Source: Candidatus Aminicenantes bacterium
Lineage (GTDB): Bacteria; Acidobacteriota; Aminicenantia; Aminicenantales; JAFGBC01
Length of the DNA: 64,000 nt
Direction: 5' to 3'
Assembly (NCBI GenBank): GCA_963702005.1
Contig: OY969696.1
Span: forward strand, 2,912,001 to 2,976,000
Positions 10,493 to 20,070 of this stretch are shown in pieces. Below the pieces are notes generated by a model, which made no database searches, was not told where the DNA came from, and worked only from the letters and a program-made list of their open reading frames with translations. Positions within the stretch are counted from its first letter, which is position 1; each line of letters opens with the position of its first letter. Both the position numbers and the translations under genes were made by a program.

Positions 10493-11659
10493 TCAGAGGC
10501 CGGCCTCTTTGCGCAGGATCTGGGCCTTGTCGGTCCGCTCCCAAGTAAACTCGGGGTCGGTCCGTCCGAAATGGCCGTAAACGGCCGTCTTCTTGTAGAT
10601 GGGCCTGAGGAGGTCGAGGGACTTGATCATGCCTTTGGGGGTCAGCTGGAAGTGGGCCAGGATGAGCTCTTTGATTTTATTCTCGTTGATTTTGGCCGTA
10701 CCGAAGGTATCGACCATGATCGAGACCGGCTGGGCGATGCCGATCGCATAGGCAAGCTGGACCTCGACCTGCTCGACGAGTCCGGCCGCGACGAGGTTTT
10801 TAGCAATGTACCGGGCCATATAAGAGCCGGAGCGGTCGACCTTGGAGGGGTCCTTCCCCGAGTAGGAGCCGCCGCCGTGCTTTCCAAACCCGCCGTAAGT
10901 ATCGACGATGATCTTACGGCCGGTCATCCCCGTGTCGGCCAGGGGCCCTCCCTGCTCGAAGCGGCCGGTCCCGTTGATGATGATCTTGGTCTCCTTGTCG
11001 AGGAGGGCGGCCGGGATGACTTTCTTGATGACCTCCCGCTTGAGGTCGTCCCGAAGGTCGTCCATCTTGACCTTGTCGTTGTGCTGAGCGGCCAAGACAA
11101 CGGCCTCGACCCGGCGCGGTTTCCGGGCGTCGTATTCGACGGTGACCTGGGACTTCCCGTCCGGCCGGAGGTAGTCGAGGATTTTGTCGCGGCGGACGGT
11201 GCTCAGCCTGCGGACGAGCTTGTGGGCGAGCATGATCGGCAGGGGCATGAATTCCTCGGTCTCCCGGCAGGCGTAGCCGAACATCAGGCCTTGATCGCCC
11301 GCTCCCTGCTCGTGGTCCGGCCTTTCATCGACGCCCATGGCGATATCCGGCGACTGCTCGTGGATGGCCGAGAGCACCGCGCACGTTTCGTAGTCGAACC
11401 CATATATGGCCTTCGTGTACCCTATGTCCTTGATGGTCCTGCGGACGACCTTTTGGAAGTCGCAGTAGCCCTTGGTCGTGATCTCACCGGCGATCAGGAC
11501 GACGCCGGTCGTGGCCAGGGCTTCGCAGGCGACCCGGCTCTTGGGGTCTTGGGCGAGCAGGTCGTCCAGGACGGCGTCCGAGATCTGGTCGCAGACTTTA
11601 TCGGGGTGGCCTTCCGTCACCGATTCCGAAGTGAAAAGATGCTTTCCTTCTTTGCTCAT
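10493..11659 (-). CDS. metK: S-adenosylmethionine synthetase
   Basis: [41 protein letters not shown]. Confidence 0.99.
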   Translation of the reverse strand: MSKEGKHLFTSESVTEGHPDKVCDQISDAVLDDLLAQDPKSRVACEALATTGVVLIAGEITTKGYCDFQKVVRRTIKDIGYTKAIYGFDYETCAVLSAIHEQSPDIAMGVDERPDHEQGAGDQGLMFGYACRETEEFMPLPIMLAHKLVRRLSTVRRDKILDYLRPDGKSQVTVEYDARKPRRVEAVVLAAQHNDKVKMDDLRDDLKREVIKKVIPAALLDKETKIIINGTGRFEQGGPLADTGMTGRKIIVDTYGGFGKHGGGSYSGKDPSKVDRSGSYMARYIAKNLVAAGLVEQVEVQLAYAIGIAQPVSIMVDTFGTAKINENKIKELILAHFQLTPKGMIKSLDLLRPIYKKTAVYGHFGRTDPEFTWERTDKAQILRKEAGL

Positions 11660-11931
11660 TCCTTTACCTCCATCGCTTTCTCGCCGAAACGGTTAAAAAC
11701 GATAGCATAAACGTGCCATTAATTCAACACGACCGAGTTTTGAAATCTTGGTTTTATCATAGCCGAAGCCGATAGGGTGGAGAAGGCCGTCGAGGGGTCG
11801 AGCGGGCAGATAAAGAAAAAAGGGGAAGGGCGAGGGATGGTCGATGAAGAAGGCCGTATGAGCGGCGGAGCGGGCATGGTCTGATTTGGAGACACAATAT
11901 CGATTTAAGAAAATCAGCATTTGTCCCCAAA

Positions 11932-12094
11932 TCGGGAGCGGAGCCTCGAATCGAACGAGGATTCCTCGCCGGGGAATCCTAAGTGTGCCTTCGAGTCGAC
12001 TATCCCGAGCCCTCTCGCCGGGGCAATTTCGCGTCCTTCGAGCCCTATACTCAGGGAAGCCCTGAGTACTAGAAGCCTCGTCGGCTGAGGTTGC
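11932..12094. repeat. Cluster of GC-rich hairpins, partly resembling the dispersed TTGAC element scaffold
   Basis: CCTCG/CGAGG, AGGATTCC/GGAATCCT and TACTCAGGG/CCCTGAGTA stems; CCTTCGA..ATACT..AGTACT scaffold. Confidence 0.5.
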
Positions 12095-12099
12095 CCGGG

Positions 12100-13449
12100 C
12101 GTGTCAACTCATATAACCATGTTACCGAAACGGTAGTCATTGCATCACCGAAAATGATACCGAAGAAGGATCGAGTTTTTTGTAAGGATCGACCTGGACA
12201 AGCCCCTTGCGTTTCTTCTCATACAGGGTAAAAAGTCTCTTCAGCTTCTGGTCGATCCGACGCTTCAAGTCGGCGGGATTGAGACTGCGATAGAGGTCGT
12301 CCAGGGTTTTGAGGGCCTCCGGGGGGAGTTGCCCCAACTCCCGGAGGATCCGATAGGGCGTCTGGGGCTTCGCATAGCGCCTGCGGGTCTTCCCATCGAC
12401 CCGTTCCTTGCGCTCGAGTCTCATTACCGGCTGGAAGAAGTTCTTGAAGAGCCGCAGCTCGTTTCTGTATAGATCGTTTATCAGGTTCAGCTCTTCGGGG
12501 GTGTCATAGCGCAGGTAGCCCAGCGGCCGGCGGACATGGGTGAAGTTCTTCTGTTCGATATAGGCGTTGTCGTTCTTGCGATAGGGCCGGGACCGGGTGA
12601 AGGCCAGTCCCTCCTCCTGGGTGTACCGGTAGAGCTGATCGTTGATGAAGGCGTTGTCGTTGTCCGAGTCGATCCCCCGCCAGGTGAAGGGGGTCCTGGC
12701 CCGGATCTTCTTGATAGCATCGAAAATCCGGCCCTGGGCGCGGCCCATTACCGCCTCGCCCTCCCACCAGGTCGAGCCGATCTCCAGGGCGGAGAGGCTG
12801 TGGGCATACTCGCCGGCCGTCGAAGCCCCGCAGTGGAGAACCAAGTCCATCTCCAGGAACCCGACTTGGTGGAGGTCCCAATCGGTCATTTTCAGCGGGA
12901 TCTTCTTGGCGATGAGATTCCCCCCGACCCGCCCGTAGCGCCGTTGGGCGATCCATTCGGTCTTCCTCGACTTCAGGAGGCGGTCGATCGTGGCCGGCGA
13001 GACCCGCCGAAGTTGCCGGGCGGTCTTCTCATCGACCTCAAGCTCACCCAAAGCGCGAAGCCTACCCAACTCCTCCTCGACCAAGGGCTTCAGCCTCTGG
13101 CCGCAAGGCCGATCGAAGATCTCCCAGAGCGTCTCTAGGGCCACCCGCACAGGCCTTCCGTACACCCGCCGTCTCGCCTTCCGGGGCCGCGAGTCCCCCT
13201 TAAGGAGGCTGGCCATCTTCCGCAGAACAGACTTGCGCGCCAGGCCCGTATTGCGGCAGTATTCGTCTAAAAGCGCGCTCTTCCCCCTTTTTCGGGCCCT
13301 GAGATACCGTCCCAAGAGAGCTTTCAGATACTGTTCTCGTGATCGCATGTCCATCCTATCCATGTCACCCTATCCTTTAGGAGATTTGGGTAACATTTTA
13401 TATGATTCAACGGGCTTTCCTTCGGTAACATTTTACGTGATTCAATGCG
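12100..13449 (-). mobile_element. Complete insertion sequence (rve/integrase-core DDE type, ISNCY/IS481-like), 1350 bp
   Basis: Imperfect terminal inverted repeats (CGTGTCAACTCATATAACCATGTTACCGAA vs reverse complement CGCATTGAATCACGTAAAATGTTACCGAA), each end doubled; 5-bp direct repeat CCGGG at 12095-12099 and 13450-13454. Confidence 0.85.
12137..13363 (-). CDS. Transposase with integrase catalytic core
   Basis: N-terminal HTH, SPATIDRLL, DLVLHCG, DSDN, SRPYRKNDNAYIEQKN (D-D-E). Confidence 0.92.
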   Translation of the reverse strand: MDRMDMRSREQYLKALLGRYLRARKRGKSALLDEYCRNTGLARKSVLRKMASLLKGDSRPRKARRRVYGRPVRVALETLWEIFDRPCGQRLKPLVEEELGRLRALGELEVDEKTARQLRRVSPATIDRLLKSRKTEWIAQRRYGRVGGNLIAKKIPLKMTDWDLHQVGFLEMDLVLHCGASTAGEYAHSLSALEIGSTWWEGEAVMGRAQGRIFDAIKKIRARTPFTWRGIDSDNDNAFINDQLYRYTQEEGLAFTRSRPYRKNDNAYIEQKNFTHVRRPLGYLRYDTPEELNLINDLYRNELRLFKNFFQPVMRLERKERVDGKTRRRYAKPQTPYRILRELGQLPPEALKTLDDLYRSLNPADLKRRIDQKLKRLFTLYEKKRKGLVQVDPYKKLDPSSVSFSVMQ

Positions 13450-13515
13450 CCGGGTTGTCCCCCGTCCGCGTTTTATGGTATGAATGAGACGTTGAAAACC
13501 GTGATCGAGAAAGGA

Positions 13516-14850
13516 ATGGAGCGAAGGTTCCTGGGGGTCCGGAAGCTGGCGGGCGGACTCATCCTGCTTGCCGGGGCCGCTTTGCCCCTGCGGCCTCAGG
13601 CCAGGGTCTCGTTTCCGGTCACGACCTACGAGCTCCGGAACGGCCTCCAAGTCATCCTGGCCGAAGATCACAGCTTGCCCCTTGTCTCGGTCGTCGTCGC
13701 CTACCGGGTCGGCTCGATCCGGGAGTCGCCCGAAAAATCAGGCCTCGCCTACTTCCTTCAAAAACTCATGTTCCAGGGCTCCCAAAACGTCGGCCCTCTC
13801 CAGCATATCTCTTTCATCAACCGCGCCGGCGGCGACTTCAACGCGACGACCTCCGAGGAGTTGACGCTCTTCTACCAGACCGTCCCCTCCAACCAGCTCC
13901 CCGTCCTGCTCTGGCTCGAATCCGACCGGATGCGCTTCCTGGACATCCGGGCCGACTCCGTCGAGCGGGTCCGAGCCGGTCTGATCGAGGAGATCGTCGA
14001 GCGCAGGGCCTCCGAGCCGTACTGGGACAGCAACCTTCTTTTCGACCAAGTCCTCTTCCCTGACTTCGCCTATAGCCATTCGGTCATCGGGAGCGAGGAG
14101 GATGTCCTGGGCTTGACCATGGAAGACATCTCGGATTTCTATGCCGAGTACTACGCGCCCAACAACGCCGTCCTCTGCCTGAGCGGCGATATCCAGCTCC
14201 CCCGGGTCCGCGAGCTCGTCGCCCGCTACTTCGAGACTCTTCCCCGCGGGCGCGACATCCCAGCCCTCCCCCCCGGCCGGCCCCGGGAACGGAGGGGCGA
14301 GACCCAGAGCATCCGGAACTACCTGGCCCCTTCGCCCGCCTTCAACCTGGGGTTTCCGATCGCCGCCCCCGGCACTCGGGAGTATACTGTCCTGAGCGTC
14401 CTCGAATACATCCTGATGCGGGGTGAAACCGCGCGCATCCCTAAGAGGATCGTCCAGAAAGAACGCCTGACCATCGAGATCAACGGGGGCATCGAGCGGC
14501 GGCGGGATTTGGCCGCCTTCCGCTTCTTCGCCGTCGCCAACAACGACCTCATGGTCGAGCGCTGCCAGAACGCCATCCTGTCCGAGCTGGGCAAGCTCAA
14601 GACGAGCTTCGTCGGACAGGACGAGCTGGCCAAGGCCAAAACCATGCTCCGGATGGACATGGTCCGCCGGGTGGCCACCTCGCTGGATAAGGCCCTCTTC
14701 CTGTGCGAGTCCGTCCTGACCCAGCCCGGCTTCACGGACTTCACCGCCGAACTCGACAAGTACCTGAGCGTGACGCCCTCGGAGATCATCGGTCTGGTCA
14801 ACCGCTATTTCAAGGACACGGACGCTCTCGTCCTCAACATCCAGAAATGA
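13516..14850 (+). CDS. M16B (pitrilysin-family) peptidase-like subunit with a degenerate zinc motif
   Basis: LRNGLQVIL, YRVGS, GGDFNATTS, LWLESDRM, YYAPNNAVL; the HxxEH position reads YFLQK. Confidence 0.88.
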   Translation: MERRFLGVRKLAGGLILLAGAALPLRPQARVSFPVTTYELRNGLQVILAEDHSLPLVSVVVAYRVGSIRESPEKSGLAYFLQKLMFQGSQNVGPLQHISFINRAGGDFNATTSEELTLFYQTVPSNQLPVLLWLESDRMRFLDIRADSVERVRAGLIEEIVERRASEPYWDSNLLFDQVLFPDFAYSHSVIGSEEDVLGLTMEDISDFYAEYYAPNNAVLCLSGDIQLPRVRELVARYFETLPRGRDIPALPPGRPRERRGETQSIRNYLAPSPAFNLGFPIAAPGTREYTVLSVLEYILMRGETARIPKRIVQKERLTIEINGGIERRRDLAAFRFFAVANNDLMVERCQNAILSELGKLKTSFVGQDELAKAKTMLRMDMVRRVATSLDKALFLCESVLTQPGFTDFTAELDKYLSVTPSEIIGLVNRYFKDTDALVLNIQK

Positions 14851-16316
14851 ACGACATAGCCAGGGCCCGATCTCGCCTCCGCTGCCTGGGCATGATCTTG
14901 ACGATCCTGGCCGGGGCCGCGGCGAGCGCGGGCCAGGAGAGGTTCAGGAGGGTCCAGCCCAATCCGGATCCGCTGCCCCAGCTCCGCCTTCCCTCGATCG
15001 AGACCCACCAGCTCAGCAACGGCCTCCTGCTAGCCGTTTGCAAGAGGGACCACCTCCCGCTCATGAGCCTTCAGCTTGTCGTCCTGGCCGGCGAGGCCCA
15101 GTCCCCCGACGAAGTGCCGGGGACGGCCACCCTCGCCGCGCGGATGATCCTGCAGGGGACGGATTTGATCTCCGCGGAGGACGTCCAAGCCCGGATCGAG
15201 GCTATCGGCGGCGAGTTCACGACTTCGACCCAGCTCGATTATTCTCAATTCACTTTCAACTTCCTCGAGGACTACCTGGACCAAGCTCTCCAAATCCTGG
15301 CCCCCCTCCTCCTCCAGCCGGCCTTCCCGAGACGCCAGCTGGACGTCGTCAAGCGGACGATGCATTATTCCCTTATGGAGAGGGCCAAGGATCCCGAGTT
15401 TCTGGCCAAACGCCAGCTCCTCAGGCTTCTCTTCCCAAAACATCCCTATCGCAAGGGCATCTTCAGCGAAGACGTCATCAAGGCCATCAGCCGGACCCAC
15501 GTCCAGGCTTTCTACGACGCCTACTACAGGCCCAATAACGCCATCCTGGTTTTAAGCGGCAACTTGAGCCTGGCGACGGCGACCCAGAAGGTCAGCCACT
15601 ACCTGAACACCTGGGCGGCCAAGGACATCAGCCGTCCCCCGGTCGCGCCGCCCGAGCCGAATCTTCAGGAGCGGATCTGCCTGATCGATAATCCCCAGAT
15701 GAGCGACGCGACCCTCTCGATCGGCACCGTGGTCGGGCCGGCCTCGAGCCCCGACGCCCTCCCGCTCGAGGTCCTCAGCCAGGTCCTGGGCGGGACGCCG
15801 AGCAGCCGGCTGTTCATGAACCTGCGCGAAACGAAGGGCTATGCCTTCTATGCCTTCAGCGATCTCGAGCTCTTCAAGAACTGCGGCCTGTTCCTGGTCC
15901 GGGCCCGGGTCCAATCCAAGTACTGCGGAGTCTCGATTCGGGAGGTCCTCCAGGAGATCGCCGGCGTCGTTGAGGAGCGAGTCGCCTCCTTCGATATCGA
16001 GCAGGCCAAGAGCCGCCTGATCGGGAACTTCCCGCTCCGGATCGAAGCCTTCGACCGGCTGGCCGACCGGGTAGCCGAGATCAAGACCTTCAACCTGGGC
16101 GAGGAGAGCTGGAACCGCCATTACGAAAGCATCATGCTCGTCAACGCCGAGAGCGTTTACGGGGTGGCCCAAAAATATCCGCTCCGGACTCCGGTCGTCG
16201 TCATCGTCGGCGACAAGAACTCCCTCATCGACTATCTCCAGGACTTCGCCAAGGTCGAGGTCTACAACGCCAGGGGCGTCTTCCAGTACAACCTGACCCG
16301 AGGAGGACAAGAATGA
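14847..16316 (+). CDS. M16B peptidase-like non-catalytic partner subunit
   Basis: LSNGL, YYRPNNAIL, VLGG..SSRLFMNLRE.KGYAY-like motifs; signal peptide; ATGA overlap with the upstream gene. Confidence 0.88.
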   Translation: MNDIARARSRLRCLGMILTILAGAAASAGQERFRRVQPNPDPLPQLRLPSIETHQLSNGLLLAVCKRDHLPLMSLQLVVLAGEAQSPDEVPGTATLAARMILQGTDLISAEDVQARIEAIGGEFTTSTQLDYSQFTFNFLEDYLDQALQILAPLLLQPAFPRRQLDVVKRTMHYSLMERAKDPEFLAKRQLLRLLFPKHPYRKGIFSEDVIKAISRTHVQAFYDAYYRPNNAILVLSGNLSLATATQKVSHYLNTWAAKDISRPPVAPPEPNLQERICLIDNPQMSDATLSIGTVVGPASSPDALPLEVLSQVLGGTPSSRLFMNLRETKGYAFYAFSDLELFKNCGLFLVRARVQSKYCGVSIREVLQEIAGVVEERVASFDIEQAKSRLIGNFPLRIEAFDRLADRVAEIKTFNLGEESWNRHYESIMLVNAESVYGVAQKYPLRTPVVVIVGDKNSLIDYLQDFAKVEVYNARGVFQYNLTRGGQE

Positions 16317-17989
16317 AGCTCGTCGAGTGCGTCCCCAACTTCAGCGAAGGCCGGGACCGGGATAAAATCAACGCCATCACCCGGGAGATCGCGGCGACGC
16401 CCCAGGTCAGGCTCCTCGACGTCGATCCCGGCGAGACGACCAACCGGACGGTGGTGACCTTCATCGGGACGCCCGAGGCCGCCAAGGAAGCCGCCTTCAA
16501 GGCCGTCCGCAAGGCCGCCGAGGTCATCGATATGCGGACCCACAAGGGCGCCCACAGCCGGATCGGCGCGACCGACGTCTGCCCCTTCGTGCCGGTCTCC
16601 GGGGTCGCCATGGAGGACTGCGTCCGGCTGGCCAACGAGCTGGGCGAGCGGGTCGGCCGCGAGCTCGGCATCCCCGTCTACCTCTACGAGGAGGCCGCCC
16701 GGAATCCCGAGCGCCGCAACCTGGCCAACATCCGGGTCGGCGAATACGAGGGGTTGGCCGCCAAGCTGGCCCGGCCCGAATGGGCGCCCGATTACGGTCC
16801 CGCCGTCTTCAACGCCAAAGCCGGGGCGACCGTCATCGGCGCCCGCGAGTTTCTGATCGCCTACAACATCAACCTTAACACCCGCGATCGCAAGCTCGCC
16901 CACGAAATCGCCAGCGACCTCCGCGAGATGGGGCGGCCCAAGAAGGATAAGGACGGCAAGGTCGTCAAGGACGCCGCCGGCACGACCGTCATGGTCCCCG
17001 GCAAATTCAAGGCCGTCAAGGCCGTCGGCTGGTACATCGAGGACTACGGGACGGCTCAGATCTCGATCAATTTCACGAACTACAAGCTCTCGCCGGTCCA
17101 CCTCGTCTTCGACGAGGCCTGCCGCCTGGCCGAGAAGCTCGGCGTCCGCGTCACCGGGAGCGAGCTGGTCGGTCTGATCCCGATGGAGGCCCTGCTCATG
17201 GCCGGACGCTACTACCTCGAAAAGCAAGGGAAGAGCGCGGGCTGGCCCGAGGAGGAGCTCGTCCGGGTCGCGGTCCGTTCGCTGGGGCTCAACGATGTCG
17301 CGCCCTTCGACCCCCGGAAGAAAATCATCGAATATCAATTCCAGGATACGGCGGGTTCGCTGTCCGGCCTCAGCCTGCGCGCCTTCGCCGACGAGCTCTC
17401 GACCGACTCCCCGGCGCCGGGGGGCGGAAGCGTTTCCGCCCTCTGCGGGGCGCTGTCGGCGGCGCTGTCCTCGATGGTCGCCAACCTCACGGTCGGGAAG
17501 AAAGGCTACGAGAAGACTCAGAAAGAGCTCAAGGCCCTGGCCGTCCGGGCCCAGAAGCTCAAGGACGAGCTGCTTCGCGCGGTCGAGCTCGACTCGGCCG
17601 CCTTCGCCAAGGTCATGGACGCCTTCAAGCTCCCCAAGGGGACCGAGGAACAGAAAGCGGAGCGGGAGAAGACCGTTGAAGCCGCCACCAAGGAAGCGAC
17701 TCTGATCCCCTTCCAGGTTCTCGAATCGAGCATCGCCTTGATGAAGATGGCCAAGAAGGTCGCCCTCAAGGGGAATAAAAATTCCCTAAGCGACGCCGGG
17801 GTGGCCGGGCTGGCCGCCCAATCCGCCGGCGAAGGCGCCTACTATAACGTCCGGATCAACCTTCCCGGCATCCAGGACGCGGAATTCAAGAGCCGCATCA
17901 AGAAGCAGGCGGTCGCCCTCAAGAAAAAACTCTGCAAGCTGGCCGACGAAGTCCGGGCCGTCGTCGAGAGAGAGCTGCGCAAGAGCTGA
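16313..17989 (+). CDS. ftcD: Glutamate formiminotransferase / formiminotetrahydrofolate cyclodeaminase
   Basis: LVECVPNFSEGR, H.GAH.RIGATDVCPF, SELVGL, PAPGGGS, NVRINL. Confidence 0.95.
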   Translation: MKLVECVPNFSEGRDRDKINAITREIAATPQVRLLDVDPGETTNRTVVTFIGTPEAAKEAAFKAVRKAAEVIDMRTHKGAHSRIGATDVCPFVPVSGVAMEDCVRLANELGERVGRELGIPVYLYEEAARNPERRNLANIRVGEYEGLAAKLARPEWAPDYGPAVFNAKAGATVIGAREFLIAYNINLNTRDRKLAHEIASDLREMGRPKKDKDGKVVKDAAGTTVMVPGKFKAVKAVGWYIEDYGTAQISINFTNYKLSPVHLVFDEACRLAEKLGVRVTGSELVGLIPMEALLMAGRYYLEKQGKSAGWPEEELVRVAVRSLGLNDVAPFDPRKKIIEYQFQDTAGSLSGLSLRAFADELSTDSPAPGGGSVSALCGALSAALSSMVANLTVGKKGYEKTQKELKALAVRAQKLKDELLRAVELDSAAFAKVMDAFKLPKGTEEQKAEREKTVEAATKEATLIPFQVLESSIALMKMAKKVALKGNKNSLSDAGVAGLAAQSAGEGAYYNVRINLPGIQDAEFKSRIKKQAVALKKKLCKLADEVRAVVERELRKS

Positions 17990-17993
17990 ACGG

Positions 17994-18354
17994 CTATCCT
18001 TTGTTCGATTCCCTTGCGAACATGTTTTGGAGGAACTCGGACGCTTTGTTTCCCATCGTCTGGTAATCGCAGGGCTGCTTGATATCCTTGCAGTGAAGAG
18101 GATAGTTCTGGGCCCACCAGGCGGTGTATTCCTTAACGAGACGTCCGCACTTATCGCGAGCCGCTTTGTCACTCCCCTTGGCGGCTCCTGCGAACAGACC
18201 GACGGCCATGACGCCGCCGGTTACGTATCCGCCAGTCCGGCATGGAGCCGGTTTGGCTTCCGGACGACGCCTGGAAAGCCTTGAGGTCCAGGGCGGCCAA
18301 GGCCCCCAAGCAGGCACAAGAGATTCCGAGAAATTCTCTCCGGCTACTTAACAT
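17994..18354 (-). pseudogene. Tat-signal C-GCAxxG-C-C-like redox protein, frameshifted or internally deleted near 18232
   Basis: GGAG RBS; MLSSRREFLG Tat signal in one frame, GYVTGGVMAVG...LHCKDI...C in another. Confidence 0.6.
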
Positions 18355-18388
18355 TTTACACTCCCTTGTAAGAATCCATGACAAACCA

Positions 18389-18411
18389 GGCTTCAACCTA
18401 GGTTGAAAGCC
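18389..18411. repeat. REP-like palindrome between znuB and the downstream gene
   Basis: Perfect core TTCAACCTAGGTTGAA (18392-18407) with GGC/GCC extension. Confidence 0.5.
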
Positions 18412-18471
18412 CGACCCCCTATACCTGCAGCAAAGAATATGCCGGTCCAAAATCGGCGGAGCAAGATCCGC

Positions 18472-19284
18472 CTACTTGAGAGCCGTCTTTCTTCTTTTTA
18501 AAACCAGGATTGCGGCAAATATAAGGAAAGCGAGGAGGACGATGGCGCCCGAGGCCGGGAGGTCCAGATAAAGGGCGGCCGAGAGCCCGCCGGCAACAGC
18601 GACTGCGGCGACACCGCACGAGATCAAAATGGCCCCTTTGAAATCGGAGGCGGCCCGCAGCCCGGCCGCGGCCGGGATGACCAGCAGGGCCGAAACGAGC
18701 AGAACACCGACGACCTTCATCCCCAGGACGACGGTTACGGCCGCGAGCGCCGTGAGCATCGCTTCGAGCCGTTCGACCCGAACGCCCGAAGCCTTGGCGA
18801 TTTCGGGATGGAAGGCCATGGACATGAGGGGCCGGTAGCGGACGATGACAATCCCGACGACGAGGATCGCCAATCCGGCCGACAGGGCGACCTCGGCGGG
18901 CGCGATGGCCAGGATCTCTCCGAACAGGAACCCGAACAGCGAAGCGTTGTAGCTTTTGGCCAGCGAAGCCAGGATGATCCCCAGGGCCATCCCGACCGAG
19001 CTCACGATGCCGAGGGCGGTGTCGCTGTGAACGCCCGCCCGCTCCTTGAGCTTGACGAGAAGGAAGGCCGCGGCCAGGGACACGGCCAGGGCCAGTCCGA
19101 GCGGGAGAAGGCGGACCCAGAGGCCGAGGGCGACGCCGGCGAAAGCGACGTGGGACAGGCCGTGGCCGATCATGGCGTCCCGCTTCAGGATCAGGAAAAC
19201 CCCCAGGATCGCGCAGGCGATCCCGAGCAGGAGGCCGGCCGCGAGCGCCCTCTGGAGGAAACCCAAGGTCCACAGTCCGCCCAT
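18472..19284 (-). CDS. znuB: Zn/Mn ABC transporter permease
   Basis: [42 protein letters not shown]; own ATG at 19284. Confidence 0.92.
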   Translation of the reverse strand: MGGLWTLGFLQRALAAGLLLGIACAILGVFLILKRDAMIGHGLSHVAFAGVALGLWVRLLPLGLALAVSLAAAFLLVKLKERAGVHSDTALGIVSSVGMALGIILASLAKSYNASLFGFLFGEILAIAPAEVALSAGLAILVVGIVIVRYRPLMSMAFHPEIAKASGVRVERLEAMLTALAAVTVVLGMKVVGVLLVSALLVIPAAAGLRAASDFKGAILISCGVAAVAVAGGLSAALYLDLPASGAIVLLAFLIFAAILVLKRRKTALK

Positions 19285-19291
19285 GATGCCC

Positions 19292-20070
19292 TCAGTGCCG
19301 GTGGGAGACGAGGTGATGGCCGCCCGAGAGGAGGTCCCGGAACGCCTGCGAGCGGCAGAATTCCTCGTGGGAGCCGTGATAGACGAGGCTCCGGTTGAGG
19401 CAGGCGACCTTGTTGACGTTGCGGTCGACGATCCCGATGTCGTGGGTGACCAGCGCGATCGTGATGCCCTCCTCCCGGTTGAAGCCGCCCAGCATGTCGT
19501 AGAAGTGCTCGACGGTCTCGGGATCGACGCCGGCCGTCGGCTCGTCGAGGAGCAGGAGGCGGGGCCGGTGGACGATGGCCCGGGCGATGAACACCCGCTG
19601 CTGCTGGCCGCCCGACAGGCTCCCGATCCGGCGTCGGAGATGCTCCTCCATTCCGACCCGGGCCAGAGCTTCGTGGATGGCCGCTTCTTCCCTCGTCTTT
19701 CCGGCCGCGTCCCAGGGATGGGCCGGGGCAGCCCGAGGGCGACGACTTCCCGGACCGAAGCGGGAAAGAACGGATCGATATGAGTCGCCTTCTGGGGGAC
19801 GTAGCCGATCGCAGCCCGTTCGGAGACCTCGTCGACAGGCCTTCCCATGAGGAGGATCCGGCCCGCGTCCGGCCGAAGCAGGCCGAGAATGAGCTTGAGA
19901 AGCGTCGTTTTTCCCGATCCGTTCGGTCCCAGCACGGCCAGGAACTCGCCCTCGTGGATATCGAAGGACACGCCGCTCAAAACGCAGTGGCCGGCGTAGG
20001 AAAAGGAAACGGCCTCGACCGAGACGAGCGTCTTGGCCGAACGCTTCGGCTTAGCGATCTTGGCAGCCAT
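19292..20070 (-). CDS. znuC: Zn/Mn ABC transporter ATPase, split by a frameshift near 19725-19728
   Basis: GPNGSGKT and YVPQ in the N-part; [21 protein letters not shown] and His-rich tail in ORF 19292-19651. Confidence 0.9.

Noticed and set aside
11660-11930. SAM or SAH riboswitch upstream of metK-ahcY
   Set aside because: No recognisable SAM-I, SAM-II or SAH consensus was seen by eye; a cmscan run would be needed to exclude one.
11934-12012. tRNA-like T-arm (GTTCGATTC) on the minus strand
   Set aside because: No pairing acceptor stem, D-arm or anticodon arm could be built; kept only as a structured-segment finding.
18472-20070. 532-aa ORF that looks like a ZnuC-ZnuB fusion
   Set aside because: The middle is off-frame sequence rich in S/R/P; the ABC signature and Walker B lie in another frame and znuB has its own ATG. 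It is an artefact of a frameshift.
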